DNA of 64,000 nt, taken from Nitrosopumilus sp. GTDB lineage: Archaea > Thermoproteota > Nitrososphaeria > Nitrososphaerales > Nitrosopumilaceae. The notes beneath the pieces are model-generated. The model was not told the origin of the DNA. It did not search any database and saw only the letters and a list, made by a program, of their open reading frames with translations. The stretch is from NCBI GenBank assembly GCA_965204345.1, contig OZ241981.1, positions 448,001-512,000 on the forward strand, read 5' to 3'. Positions 20,354 through 35,300 of this stretch are shown piece after piece; the stretch's first letter is position 1; the number at the start of each line of letters is the position of its first letter. The translations under genes were made by a program, and so were the position numbers.

Positions 20354-23300
20354 CTAGCCCAACGGAATCTCTACTGTCTGTGTCAGTATTCCCTGCTCAA
20401 CGCCGTTGGTGCTAACGCTGATTGCGTTGCCGCCCTGCTGGATGCCCCTCAAGGAGTTGACCTGCTCATCAGTGTGCGTAAACTGTACAAAGACGTTCAG
20501 ATCATCATTGCTGTCTTCCCTGCCATACCTGTCTGGGAACGCGATGGTAGTCACGGTTTGTCCTGAGATTCCAAGTTCCTTTTCTGCAAACACGTCAGGT
20601 ACTGACTGCAACACCATGTATTGCGTTAGTGTCTCACCGGTATCCTCGTTTGTAAACTCAATGTTGGTATTTAGGAATTCTTTGAGCACGTCTGGCAGGT
20701 CAACCTGCGTTGTTCTGTCGTTGATTTTCATGCCTGATTTTTGAGATACAACTACTGCATCCTCAGATGCAATTGCAATTTCAGCAGAGGTTGGAACTAT
20801 AGTCCTGCTTCCATCTCCTGCAACAATCTCAATTGTGTCACCGCCCAAGAGAACGCCTCTCATGGAGTTGACCATATCATCAGAGGATGATATCTGCAAG
20901 AAGAGGTTTGCATTGTTGTTGCTCTCCTCAGAACCGGGTCTGTCAGTTAGTGCAACGGTGGTAACTGTCTGTCCGCTGATTCCCAGGACAGTCTCGGCAT
21001 ACTTGTCAGGGTTGGATTGCAGTGTCTGGAAATCAGTGAGTCTCATGCCAGTGTTATCATTTGTAATATCAGTAAAGTCAGCAAGGAACTCGCGGACTAG
21101 TTGGGGTGTCTGTACAGGAGTTAGGCCAGGTATCGGTACTGTTTGGATATCAGGCATGGTGTCAGTTGGCAAATCTGCTGTAGAAGAGGGCTGGTCAGGT
21201 GTTACAACTGCACTGCCACCGGTAATAACAGGTGAGGATGACTCGTATGTATTTACAGATACAGAGCCCGAACATTCGGTGATGTTAAGTGACTTTGAAT
21301 CAGTTGATATTCCCCTTGATACAATATTTTCTACCTGTACGTGTACAAATGACTCGTTTGGTGAGAGGCTTGCATCAAATGAAATTCTGCCAGGATGGGA
21401 CTGCTCATCAGAGCGTTCTGCCGTGATTACACCTGCATAGGTTCTAAGCTTTACAGACAGATTGTCAGTTGCAGGACCAGCTATTACGTTGATTGTGTTT
21501 GCCTCACAGACATCCCATTGTACATCATACAAAACAGCAGCAGAGGCACCATTTGCAACAGATGAGCCGCTAGATGGAAGGGAAGCGCCACCGCCACCGC
21601 CGCCACCACCACCACCGCCGCCACCGCTGCGGCTACTAGAAGGTGTGGATGGTGTAGGTTCGACAGGAACCGTAGAGAATGAGCCAAATGAACTAAAGTG
21701 CGTGGTCCAGATGATCATATCAGAGCCGTCACGAACAAAACAGGATTCCAACGCAGTGCCAGCTTCAAGATTAGTATTGGCAGTAGTCTGATTGACAGGA
21801 ACAAATGGACATACAACTAGTGATCGTGAATCTACAACGCCATCAGCAACTTCTTCTGAGAAGAAGGCACCCTCATAGCTTGCCTGGCCAGGCAAGAGTA
21901 ACCTGACTGCCTGATCAAATGTTAATCTAGTGTTATCATCACCGACTGAGAATGCCAGGCCTATCTCATCATTTGGAGTTGGAGGAGTAACAGTACCAGT
22001 AGAAAGAGATGGAACTGCAATACGGCCAGTCCAGTCACCAGATGAATCGCTTACAACCACATTAGCCGGATAAGTGACAGTTACTGTTTGAGAATCAGAG
22101 AGTGTAGAATTAACGACAGTAACAGAATCAGAAATTGTCACACTCTTTGGTACGGTTGGATTGGCAGTACCAAATGTTGGAGCGCCATTAAAGTCAAGCA
22201 GCTGGCCATCAGTAGTGAAAATCGTTTCAGGCAATGTGTCATGTATTACATTAAGGGTGATCAAATTTGAAGATGCCAGATATGTCCTTACAACATCACT
22301 CCCAAGCGGGATATTATCCTCAATGGTATCTCCGGTAGTGTTGATTGTAACTGTAACTGGGGCAGATGCGGTGTTGAGGTTGCCTGCAAGGTCTGCTGCC
22401 ACATCTGCTGCTATTGATACAACTATTGTTCCGTCTGTAGAGCCGCGAGCCACATTAAAGGTGTAGACACTGCCATCACCACCAATGTTGGATGCTACTG
22501 GATTGCCGCTGTTTGCAGTGCCAGTTACTGTAATGTCACCTAGCTCAAAGTTCTGGACATCCTCACTGAATGTTGCCGTAAACGTTACTTGGTCATCACT
22601 GGTGGTAGTGATGCCATCAGCAGGTGTAATGGATACGGATGGCCTCACCATGTCCACTGTAATAATATGTACAGCATCTGTGTTGCCATCTGTTACCACA
22701 TCGTCAGGTATGGTTACTGTTAGCTCACCACCTGTGGTGATGCCGTGTGTTACTGTAAAGGCATAGTCAGCACCGCTTCCACTAAATGCAGATATCAGGC
22801 TGCCAGGTGTATCGGAAGGAACTCCGTCAATTGCCACAGTGATGTCAGATTCTACAAATTCCGTGACATCCTCGCTAAAGGTTGCAGTAAATGAGATGGT
22901 ATCAGAGTTTGTAGGATCAGCAGCATTTGTGCTCAGGGATACGTATGGGACAGTGGTGTCTATGGTGACAGTGACTGGTACAGATGCGGTATTAGAGTTG
23001 CCTGCAAGATCTGCTGCTACGTCTGCTGCAATGGATGGAATTATAGTTCCGTCTGAGGTTCCGCGAGCAACATCAAAGGTGTATGTGCGAGCATCAACTG
23101 GTACAAAGTTGGATGCTACAGGATTGGTGCCGTTTGCTGTGCCTGTTACTGTAATGTCTCCTAGTTCAAAGTTCTGAACATCCTCGCTAAATGTTACTGT
23201 AAATGGTACCGTATCAAGTCCGGTGCTGCTGCCAATAGATGAACTGACAGAGACAGTTGGGGCAATGGTGTCTATTGTGACGGTAATTTGGGCAGATGCC

Positions 23301-26300
23301 TCATTGGAGTTGCCTGCTGCATCTGTTGCCTTTAATGCATCTATGGATACGGTCACGGTTCCGTCTGTGGTACCGCGGAGAACATCAAAGGTGTAGACAC
23401 TGCCTGTTCCACCAAGGTCGGATGCCACTGGACTGCCGCCGTTGGCAGTACCAGTTACTGTAATGTCAGTTAGGTCAAAGTCCCCAACATCCTTGTTGAA
23501 TGTTGCCGTAAATGGTATTGTAGCAAGGTTGGTGTTATCACCTGCAGTCGTAGTTACGGAGACTGTAAGGGGAACGGTGTCTATTGTGACGGTAACTGAA
23601 TTAGATCCAGTGTTGGGGTTGCCTGCAAGGTCTGTTAGCTCACCTTCATCTATTAATACATTTACGGTTCCATCTGTAGAGCCGCGAGCAACATCAAAGG
23701 TGTATGTGCGGGCATTAACTGTTACAAAGTTGGATGCTGTGGGACTGCCGTCGTTGGCAAAGCCAGATACTGTAATGTCAGATAGGACAAAGTCTTGGAC
23801 ATCCTCGCTAAATTCTACTGTAAATGTTACTGGGTCATCACGGGTGGTGGTGCCATTGGCAGGCGTGATGGTTACAGATGGATCTATTCTGTCCACTGTG
23901 AGTGTATGAGTACTTGCCGTGTTGCCCTCTGCTACCGCACCGTCAGGTATGGTTACTGTTAGTTCACCTTCTGCGGCGATGCCGTGTGTGACTGTAAAGG
24001 TATAGTCAGCACCGCTTCCACTAAAGGCAGTTATCAGGCTATTAGATGCTGGGATTCCGTCAATTGCTACAACGATGTCAGATTGCACAAATCCTGTGAC
24101 ATCCCCGCTAAAGGTTGCAGTAAATTCGACGGTCTCAGAGTTTGTAGGATCAGCGGCAGTTGTGCTCAGGGATACTGATTGGATAGTGCTGTCTATAGTG
24201 ACAGTAACTGGGGCAGATACCTCATTGGAGTTGCCTGCAAGGTCTGTTGCCACGTCTGCTGCAATGGATGGAATTACAGTTCCGTCTGTGGTGCCGCGAG
24301 CAACATCAAAGGTGTATGTGCTGGCATCAACTGTTACAAAGTTGGATGCTGCTGGAGTACCGCCGTTGGCAGTACCAGTTACTGTAATGTCACCTAGCTC
24401 AAAGTTCTGGACATCCTCGCTAAAGGTTGCAGTAAATGTTACGGGGTCATCACCTGTGATGGTGCCATCAACAGGCGTAATGGATACGGTTGGAACTATT
24501 CTGTCCACTGTGAGTGTAGTAGTGGTACTTGCCGTGTTGCCCTCTGCTACCGCATTGACAGGTATTGTTACTGTTAGTTCACCACCTGTGGTGATGCCGT
24601 GTGTGACTGTAAAGGTATAGTCAGCACCGCTTCCACTAAATGCAGATATCAAATTGGGTGTGTCAGTTCCGTTAATTGCCACGGCAATATCAGACTGCAC
24701 GAATCCAGTGACATCCCTGCTAAATGTTGCAGTAAATGGTATGGTCTCAAGGTTGGTGATTGGATTGGCAGTCGTGCTCAGAGATACTGTAACAGCAGAC
24801 ACATACTGTATGGTGACGTTATAGCCTGTATCTCTGTTGCCGTCATTGACACGAACACGTATCTCACATTGCTCTGCTGAATCATCATTTGGATCAAAGC
24901 TTAGCGTGGTGGGAGGATCTTGTACGGTTATTATGGCAGATGTGCAGTCATTTGAACTATGTCCAGTAGCCGAAAATGCTAGTTCCTTGTTGTCTTCAAA
25001 GAGTTCATTGACATCTAAGACGACTGTACGAGATTGGTCTGGCTGTACCACAATGTTGAGATTAGTTCTTTCGGTGGGTCTAGGATCTTCTTTTACCATT
25101 ATGGTGACTGCATATGCCCCGTCGGTGCTGGCATCTGTTCCATCAGAAATGTCAAAGGAGATGGTACATGTATGTGCATTGAAGGGAAGAAACTCAAATA
25201 TGCCGCCGTTGGACTCTTGCGTTATTCGTGCGCCACAGTCCTCTGTCGTGATGGTGTATGATAGCGTATCACCGTCGGGGTCTGTAAAGTGATCATCTAG
25301 AGAGAATGTTGGAGGAGTTAATGTGGGGTGCTCTAGGGTTATAACGGGTGGTACTGCTGGAACTGGTGGCAAAAAGTTGGAGACAGTGGTGTCTACTATT
25401 GTGACGGTAACTGAGGCAGATGCGGTGTTGAGGTTGCCTGCAAGGTCTGCTGCCACGTCTGCTGCAATGGATGGAATTACAGTTCCGTCTGTGGTGCCGC
25501 GAGCAACATCAAATGTGTAGACACTGCCTGTTCCAAGAAGGTTGGATGCTACTGGATTGGTGCCATTGGCAGTACCAGTTACTGTAATGTCAGTTAGGAC
25601 AAAGTTCTGGACATCCTCGCTAAAGGTTGCCGTAAACGTTACTGAGTTATCGCTGGTGGTGGTGCCATTGACAGGTGTGATGGATACTGATGGTCTTATT
25701 CTGTCCACGGTAAGTGTATGAGTACTTGCTGTGTTACCCTCTACTACCGCATTGGCAGGTATGGTTACTGTTAGTTCACCTTGTGTGGTGATGCCGTGTG
25801 TTACTGTAAAGTCGTATTGGGTACCACTAGTTTCAGTAAAGGCAGTTATCAGGCCGGATGTGTCAGTTTCGTTAATTGCCACAACGATATCAGATTGCAC
25901 GAATTGTGTGACATCCTCGCTAAAGGTTGCAGTAAATGAGACGGTCTCAGAGTTGGTAGGATCAGATGCAGTTGTAGTTACAGAGACAGATGGGACATTG
26001 GTGTCTACGGTGACGGTAACCGGGGCAGATGCGGTGTTGGTGTTGCCTGCAAGGTCTGTTGCTACGTCTGCTGCTATGGATGGAATTATGGTTCCGTCTG
26101 TGGTGCCGCGAGCAACATCAAAGGTGTATGTGCTGCCATCAACTGTTACAAAGTTGGATGCTACTAGATTGGTGCCGTTTGCAGAGCCAGTTATTGTAAT
26201 ATCACCTAGCTCAAAGTTCTCAACGTCTTCGCTAAATGTTGCCGTAAATGTTACTGAGTTATCGCTGATAGTGGTGCCATCGACAGGCGTAATGGATACT

Positions 26301-29300
26301 GATGGTCTTATTCTGTCCACGGTAAGTGTATGAGTACTTGCCGTGTTGCCCTCTGCTACCGCACCGTCAGGTATTGTTACTGTTAGTTCACCTTGTGTGG
26401 TGATGCCGTGTGTTACTGTAAAGGTATAGTCAGTACCGCTTCCATTAAATGCAGATATCAGACCCGGTGTGTCGGTTCCGTTAATTGCCACAACGATATC
26501 AGATTGCACGAATTGTGTGACATCCTCGCTAAAGGTTGCCGTAAATGAGACGGTCTCAGAGTTGGTAAGATCAGATGCAGTTGTAGTTACAGAGACAGAT
26601 GGGACATTGGTGTCTATGGTGACGGTAACCGGGGCAGATGCAGTGTTGGAGTTGCCTGCAAGGTCTGTTGCCACGTCTGCTGCTATGGATACAATCACGG
26701 TTCCGTCTGAGCTTCCACGTACTATATCAAAGGTGTATTGGTTACCAGATCCTGCAAGGTTGGATGCTGCTGGAGTGCCGCCGTTGGCAGTGCCCGTTAC
26801 TGTAATGTCAGCTAGCACAAAGTCTGCAACTGGCTTGTTGAAGGTTACTGTAAATGGTACCGTATCAAGGTTGGTATTCTCGCCTGCAGTTGTAATTACA
26901 GAGACTATTAGAGCTTCAGTGTCTATGGTGACGGTAACTGGGGCAGATGCAGTGTTGGAGTTGCCTGCAAGGTCTGTTGCCACGTCTGCTGCTATGGATG
27001 GAATTACGGTTCCGTCTGATGAGCCTCGAGCAACATCAAAGGTGTATGTGCGGGCATCAACTGTTGCAAAGTTGGTTGCTGTCGGATTGGTGCCGTTGAC
27101 AGTGCCTGTTACTGTAATGTCATCTAGGATAAAGTTCTGGACATCCTCACTGAATGTTGCAGTAAATGTTACTGGATTATCACTGGTACGAGTGCCATCA
27201 GCAGGTGTAATGGTTACGGTTGGGACAATGGTGTCTATTGTGACGGTAACTGGGGCAGATGCCATATTGGTGTTCTCTGCGTCATCTGTTGCCACATCTG
27301 CTGCAATGGATACAATTACGGTTCCGTCAGAAGCTATGCCTGCAACGTTAAAGGTGTATGTGCTGGCATCAACTGCTGCAAAACCGGATGCTGTAAGGGT
27401 GCCGCCGTTGGCAGTGCCTTCTACTGTAATGTCAGCTAGCTCAAAGTCCTCAACAGCTTTGCCAAAGGTTACTGTAAAGGGTACCGTAGCAAGGTTGGTG
27501 GTGTCGCCTGCAGTTGTAGTTACAGAGACTGTTAGAGCTTCAGTGTCTATTGTGACGGTAACTGGGGCAGATGCGGTGTTGGAGTTGCCTGCAAGGTCTG
27601 CTACCACGCCTGCGGCAATGAATGCAGTTACGGTTCCGTCTGTGGTGCCGCGAGCAACATCAAAGGTGTATGTGCTGCCATCAACTGTTACAAAGTTGGT
27701 TGCTGCCGGATTGGTGCCGTTTGCAGTGCCAGTTATTGTAATATCACCTAGCTCAAAGTTCTCAACGTCTTCGCTAAATGTTGCCGTAAATGTTACTGGG
27801 TTATCGCTGGTAGTGGTGCCATCGACAGGCGTAATGGATACTGATGGACTTATTCTGTCCACGGTAAGTGTATGAGTACTTGCCGTGTTGCCCTCTGCTA
27901 CAGCACCGGCAGGTATTGTTACTGTTAGTTCACCTTGTGTGATGATGCCGTGTGTTACTGTAAAGGTATAGTCAGCACCGCTTCCACTAAATGCAGATAT
28001 CAGACCCGATGTGTCAGTTCCGTTAATTGCCACTACAATGTCATCCCGGATGAATTCTGTGACATCCTCGCTAAATGTTGCAGTAAATGGTATGGCCGCA
28101 AGATTGGTGATTGGATCGGCAGTAGTAGTTATAGATGCAGTAGGGTCAGACAGATATTGTATGGTAATTGCTGTATCAATCTCCCTGTTGCCGTCGCTTA
28201 TGGTAATTTCCAGGGTACAAACGTCTGCGGTGACAAACTCATTTGCCGGGATAAAGTAAAAGTTGGTGGGGGTAAAGTCAGTTACATCAAAAGCGTCACA
28301 GTCAAACGAATCCCAACTGGCAAAGACAATTGTGAGCTGCTTGTTGTCATCATAAAGGTTGTTGGGATTAATGTTTACCGTGCGGGATTGGCCTGGCTGC
28401 ACCTGTATGGTCAGATCACCGGGGATAGGGGCAGGGTCTTCTATCACATTTAGGGTTACGCTGTATGGACTGTCAGTACTGGTATGTGTGCCATCAGAAA
28501 TGTTAAAGGTCAAAATGCATGTCTCTGCAGTGGTAGAACTAAAGAGAAATTCAGAGCCAGTTGACAGGTCTCCTTGACAGAGATCAGATAAGTCTTCAAA
28601 GGTTATGACGTCTCCGTCTGGATCCACAAAGTGATCAGAGAGGGAGATTGACTGGCTTGCTAGTGTGGGATACTCCAAGGTTATGACGGGAGGTACTGTT
28701 GGAATCGGGGGCAACAAGTTGGTGGAGGTACCATCTATTGTGACGGTAACAGATCTAGGCGATGCCGTGTTGGAATTGCCTAGGGTGTCTGTTGCCACGT
28801 CTGCTGGAATTGACACAGTTACGGTTCCGTCCGTCGAGCCGCGGAGAACATCAAAGGTGTATGTGCGGCCATCAACTGTTGCAAAGTTGGTTGCTGCAGG
28901 ACTGCCGCCGTTGGCAGTGCCTGTTACTGTAATGTCTCCAAGCTCAAAGTTCACAACACTCTTGGTAAAGGTTGCCGTAAATGGTATGGTAGTAAGGCTA
29001 GTGATGCTTCCGGCAGTCGAGCCGACATGAACTTGTGGGGCAACAGTGTCTATTGTGACGGTAACTGGTGCAGATGCGGTGTTGAGGTTGCCTGCAAGGT
29101 CTGCTGCCACGTCTGCTGCTATGGATGCAGTTACGGTTCCGTCCGTCGAGCCTCGAGCAACATCAAAGGTGTATGTGCGGGCATCAACTGTTGCAAAGTT
29201 GGTTGCTGTTGGAGTGCCGCCGTTGGCAGTGCCTGTTACTGTAATGTCACCTACCACAAAGTTTTGGACATCCTCGTCAAATGTTGCCGTAAACGTTACT

Positions 29301-32300
29301 GGGTCATCACCAGTTGTGGTGCCATCGGCAGGTGTAATGGATACTGATGGGCGTACTCTGTCCACGGTGATAGTGAGGGCACCCTCGTTGTTGCTTTCGA
29401 CTGTCACACCGTCAGGTATGGTTACTGTCAGCTGGCCTTGTGTGGTGATGCCGTGTGTGACTGTAAAGTCGTATTCACGGCCGCTTCCACTAAAGGTATC
29501 TACCAGACCTGGTGTGTCGGTTCCGTCAATTGCCACAGTGATATCAGACAGGATGAATTCTGTGACATTGCCGCTAAATGATGCCGTAAATGGTATGGTA
29601 ACAAGATTGGTGGGATCAGATGCAGTTGTGTCCAGAGATACTGATATGACACGGGTGTCTATGGTGACGGTAACTGGAGCAGATGCGGTGTTGAGGTTGT
29701 TTGCATCATCTGTTGCCACGTCTGCTGCAATTGACACAGTTACGGTTCCGTCCGTCGAGCCGCGGACAACATCAAAGGTGTATGTGCGGCCATCAACTGT
29801 TGCAAAGTTAGATATAGCAGGGTTGCCGCCGTTGGCAGTGCCATTTACTGTAATGTCTCCCAGCTCAAACTCATCAACATCCTCGCTAAATGTTACAGTA
29901 AATGGCACGGTGTCAAATTCAGTGTGTGTCCCCACATCAGATGCCACAGTTACGGTTGGCTTTGTTTGATCTATTGTGACAGTGACAGGACCGATTGGCT
30001 CAGGGTTAGGAGCTCCGCTCTGATCTAAGACCAAAGCAGGAATGACTACGCTTATGGTTCCATCCGATGAGCCTCGAGCAATCTCAAACGCATAAGAGGT
30101 GCCAGAACCTTCAAAGTTGGATATTGCTGGACTGCCGCCGTTAGCAGTGCCTGATACAAAAAGGGATAACGGGGTAAAAGTAACCGCCTCACTAAGTTCT
30201 ACGGCAAATCTCACCCTGTCGGCATTGGTCAGCGGACCTACATCAGGTGTTATGGTTGCAACCGGAGCCAGATCAGATGTGAATTCAGTAGTCGGAAATA
30301 CCGTGTTAGGATTGCCTGCCCTATCAGATGCTGCATTGGCAGGTATGGATACCGTAAAGGGGAGTGGCACGGTGCCGTCTTCGGGGGCGCGTTCCACATC
30401 AAAGGTGTATGTGGTGCTATCTACTATCTCAAAGTTGGATGCCACAGGATTGCCGCCGTTTACGTCACCAGATATCACAATATCGGATAATTCAAACCCG
30501 GTGACATCTTCGGTGAATGTTACGATAAATGGTATGGTGCTAAATGTTGCAAACCTATTAAATGAAACACCGTCAACACTCACGCCAGGTGCCGTAGTAT
30601 CCACTGTTACGGTAACTGAGTTAGAATCCGTATTGAGAACCTCATCGTCGCCTAAATGTGTTACAGTGGCACCGGGCAAGAACGCTGTTATTGTTCCATC
30701 TGATGAACCGCGAGCAACCTCAAAGGTATATTCGTCGGCATCGATTGTCCTAAGATTGCTTACTACAGGATTGCCGCCGTTGGCAGTGCCTGTTATTCTA
30801 AAGTCATTGACATGAAGTCCAAAGATGGATTGGCTGAATGTTACGGTAAACGGTACAACGTCAAGGGAGGTGAAATCATCAGCAGTTGTACTGATATGCG
30901 GAACCGGCTCTGGTCGGTAAAACACGCTAACTGTAGTGTCCAATGTCCTGCCGACGTCAATTATAGTAAAATCGACATCGCATCTTATCGTAGAAGTCGA
31001 GAATTCGGGTCCGGTAAAGGCAAAGGAGTGTGGTGTGAGTTGGGATACTGTGTGAGCACATGAGGAGCTTACAGAATCAACATTTACTCTAAGGGGATTG
31101 TTGTCAGTATAATAGTTATTGATGTCTATGACTACTGGGTCTGTCTGGTTATTAAATACTTGTATGAATCTGACAAGTGTTAATGGACTGGGCGGTTGAT
31201 CAGGGACTATGTCTATATTGATGCTATATGCCCTGCCGGTGCTGACATCCTTGCCATCAGATATGTCAAAGAAAAGCGCACATGACTGAGCTGATTGCGG
31301 TACAAACGAGAACGTATCGCTTAAAGGACCAGGAGAAGTCAGATCCCCAGTACATGTTGTTATAGCGTTAAGAAAGGTCAGGGTGTCGCCGTTAGGATCC
31401 TCAAAGTATTGTTCCACGGAGAAAGATTGGGACTCACTTAGATTTACCAGGATTACAGTCGGCGGCACATCTGGAATAAGAGGTAGTGATTGGGGAGCAA
31501 GAGTAGCAGTGACGGTAACTGGGGCAGATGCGGTGTTGGGGTTGCCTGCAAGGTCTGCTGTTACATTTGCATCTATTAATACGGCCACAGTTCCGTCTGT
31601 GGTGCCGCGGGCAACATCAAAGGTGTATGTACGGGCATCAACTGTTACAAAGTTGGATGCTACAGGACTGCCGCCGTTTGCAGTACCAGTTACTGTAATG
31701 TCAGTTAGCTCAAAGTTCTCAACGTCCTCGCTAAATGTTGCCGTAAACGTTACTGGGTTATCGCTGGTGGTGGTGCCATTGACAGGTGTGATGGTTACAG
31801 TTGGGACTATTCTGTCTACTGTGAATGTAGTGGTATCACTTGCTGTGTTGCCCTCTACTACCGCATTGGCAGGTATGGTTACTGTCAGCTGTCCTCCTGC
31901 GATGATGCCGTGTGTTACTGTAAAGGCATAGTCAGTACCGTTTCCACTAAAGGCAGTTATCAGGTCGCTGACAGGTGTGATGGTGAATCCGTCAATTGTC
32001 ACTACAATGTCATCTGCGATAAATTCTGTGACATCCTCGCTAAAGGTTGCAGTAAAGTCAATGGTCTCAGAGTTGGTAGGATCAGCAACAGTTGTGTCCA
32101 GAGATACTGTTGGGATATTAGTGTCTACGGTGACAGTAGCCGGGACAGATGCGATGTTGGAATTGCCTGCAAGGTCTGCTGCCACATTTGCTGCAATGAA
32201 TACAATTACTGTTCCGTCTGAAGATATGCCTGCGACACTAAAGGTGTATGTGCGGGCATCAACAGTTACAAAGTTGGATGCTGTGAGAGTGCCGCCATTG

Positions 32301-35300
32301 GCTGTGCCCGATAATGTAATGTCACCTAAGATAAACTCCCTAACGTCTTCGCTAAATTCTACTGTAAATGGTACCGTATCAAGTCCGGTGCTACTGCCAG
32401 CAGATGAACTGACAGAGACAGTTGGGGCAAAGGTGTCTATGATAACGGTAACTGGAGCGGATACGGTGTTGGAGTTGCCTGCTGAGTCTGCTGCTACATC
32501 TGCTGCTATTGATGCAGTTACGGTTCCGTCTGTGGTGCCGCGGGCAACATCAAATGTGTATGTGCGGGCATCAACAGTTACAAAGTTGGATGCTGCAGGA
32601 CTGCCGCCGTTTGCAGTACCAGTTACTGTAATGTCACCTAGCTCAAAGTTTCTAACAGCCTCGCTAAAGGTTGCAGTAAACGTTACTGGGTCATCGCTGG
32701 TGATGGTGCCATCGGCAGGTGTGATGGTTACAGTTGGAACAAGAGTGTCTATGGTAACGGTAACTGGAGCGGATGCGGTGTTGGAATTGCCTGCTGAGTC
32801 TGCTGCTACATCTGCTGCTATTGATGCAGTTACGGTTCCGTCTGTGGTGCCGCGGGCAACATCAAAGGTGTATGTGCTGGCATCAACAGTTACAAAGTTG
32901 GATGCTGTTGGAGTGCCGCCGTTTGCAGTACCAGTTACTGTAATGTCACCTAGCTCAAAGTTTCTAACATCCTTGCTGAATGTTGCAGTAAACGTTACTG
33001 GGTCATCGCTGGTGATGGTGCCATCGGCAGGTGTGATGGTTACAGTTGGAACAAGAGTGTCTATTGTGACGGTAACTGGGGCAGATGCGGTGTTGGGGTT
33101 GTCTGCTGAGTCTGCTGCTACATCTGCTGCTATTGATGCAGTTACGGTTCCGTCTGTGGTGCCGCGGGCAACATCAAATGTGTATGTGCTGGCATCAACT
33201 GTCACAAAGTTGGATGCTGCTGGAGTGCCGCCGTTTGCAGTACCAGTTACTGTAATGTCACCTAGCTCAAAGTTTCTAACATCCTTGCTGAATGTTGCAG
33301 TAAACGTTACTGGGTCATCGCTGGTGATGGTGCCATCGGCAGGTGTGATGGTTACAGTTGGAACAAGAGTGTTTATTGTGACGGTAACTGGGGCAGATGC
33401 GGTGTTGGGGTTGTCTGCAAGGTCTGCTGTTACATTTGCATCTATTAATACGGCCACGGTTCCGTCTGTGGTGCCTCGAGCAACGTCAAAGGTGTATGTG
33501 CGGGCATCAACTGTCTGCAAGTTGGATGCCACAGGACTGCCGCCGTTGGCAGTGCCAGTTACCGTAATGTCATTTAGCTCAAAGTTCCTAACGTCCTTGT
33601 TGAATGTTGCCGTAAATGGTATCGTATCAGAATTAGTGCTGTCGCCTATATCTGTATCTACAGAGACTGTCAGGGGAGCAGTATCTATTGTGACAGTAAC
33701 TGTATTAGACGCAGTACTGAAGAACTCATCGGTATCATCAATAGCTGCCTGATCCTTTACAAATACTGTTATTGTTCCATCAGAGGAGCCGCGAGCAACG
33801 TCAAAGGTGTATACGCGTTCATTGACTATAGTGTTAATGCTGGGTGCTTCAGGATTGCCGCCGTTGGCAGTACCTGATACGTCAAGATCAAGGGGATGGA
33901 ACCCAAAGGCATTCTTGTTGAATGTTACTGTAAACTGTACAACCTCAAGGTTGGTGAAATCATCAGCGGTTGTGATAATTGGGATCGGGCGTTGACCAGG
34001 CGATGTGTCTATGGTAATGGTAACTGGACGGGATGCGGTATTGGAGTTGTTTGCAAGGTCTTCTGCTACGTCTGCATTTATGGACACAATTACAGTTCCG
34101 TCTGTGGTGCCGCGAGCAACATCAAAGGTGTATGTGCGGGCATTAACTGTCACAAAGCTGGCTGCTGCCAGAGTGCCGCCGTTTGCAGTACCAGTTACTG
34201 TGATGTCAGCTAGCTCAAAGTTCCTAACATCCTCATCAAATGTTACTGTAAATGGTACCGTGCTAAGGCTGCTAAAACGGCCTTCAGATGAACTGACAGA
34301 TACTGTTGGAGCACTAGTATCCATTGTGGTAGTAACTGGAGCAGATGCCACATTGAGATTACCTGCAAGGTCTGCTGCCAAATCTTCATCTATTGATGCA
34401 GTTACTGTTCCGTCTGATGAGCCGCGCAGAACATCAAAGGTGTAGACACTGCCTTCTCCACGAAGATTGGATGCCACAGGACTGTCACTGTTTGCAGTGC
34501 CATTTACTGTAATGTCACCTAGCTCAAAGTTCTGGACATCCTCGCTAAATGTTGCCGTAAATGTTATTGTATTAGAATTGGTAATGTTGGGGGCACTCAA
34601 TGCTACTGTTGGTCTCTGAGTATCAATCTCAACTGTAATCTCGTTTGATGCAGTAACCTCAACACCACCGCTGGTTACAGTTCCTGCAGCTATGGATACG
34701 GTTACGGTTCCGTCTGTGGTGCCGCGAACAACATCAAAGGTGTATTCGGTGCCAGATCCTACAAGGTTGGATGTTACGGGACTGCCGCCGTTGGCAGTAC
34801 CAGTTACTGTAATGTCAGCTAGCTCAAAGTCCTCAACGTCCCCGCTAAATGTTGCCGTAAATGGTATTGTGTCAAGGTTGTTGATTGGGTTGGCAGTTGT
34901 GCTCAAAAGTACAGTTGGGACAGGTTCAGAGGCAGTGAATGAGCCAAATGAGCTAAAGTGTGTGGTCCAGATTATCATATCAGAGCCTGCACGAGTAAAA
35001 CAAGATTCCAACGCAGTGCCAGCTTCAAGATTAGCATTGGCAGTAGCCTGATTGACAGGAACAAATGAGCACTCAGCTAGTGGTTGTGATACTGCATTGC
35101 CATCGGCATCTTCTCCTGAGAAAAATGCACCATCCTGCTCTGCCTGTCCAGGCAAGAGTAGTCGGACTGCCTGATCAAATGTCAATCTATTGTTACCATC
35201 ACCGACTGAGAATACAAGTCCCACAACATCATTTGAAGCTGGGGGAGCAGCAGTAGAGACAGATGGAACCGTTATGGTGCCTGCCCAGTCATCAGATGAG

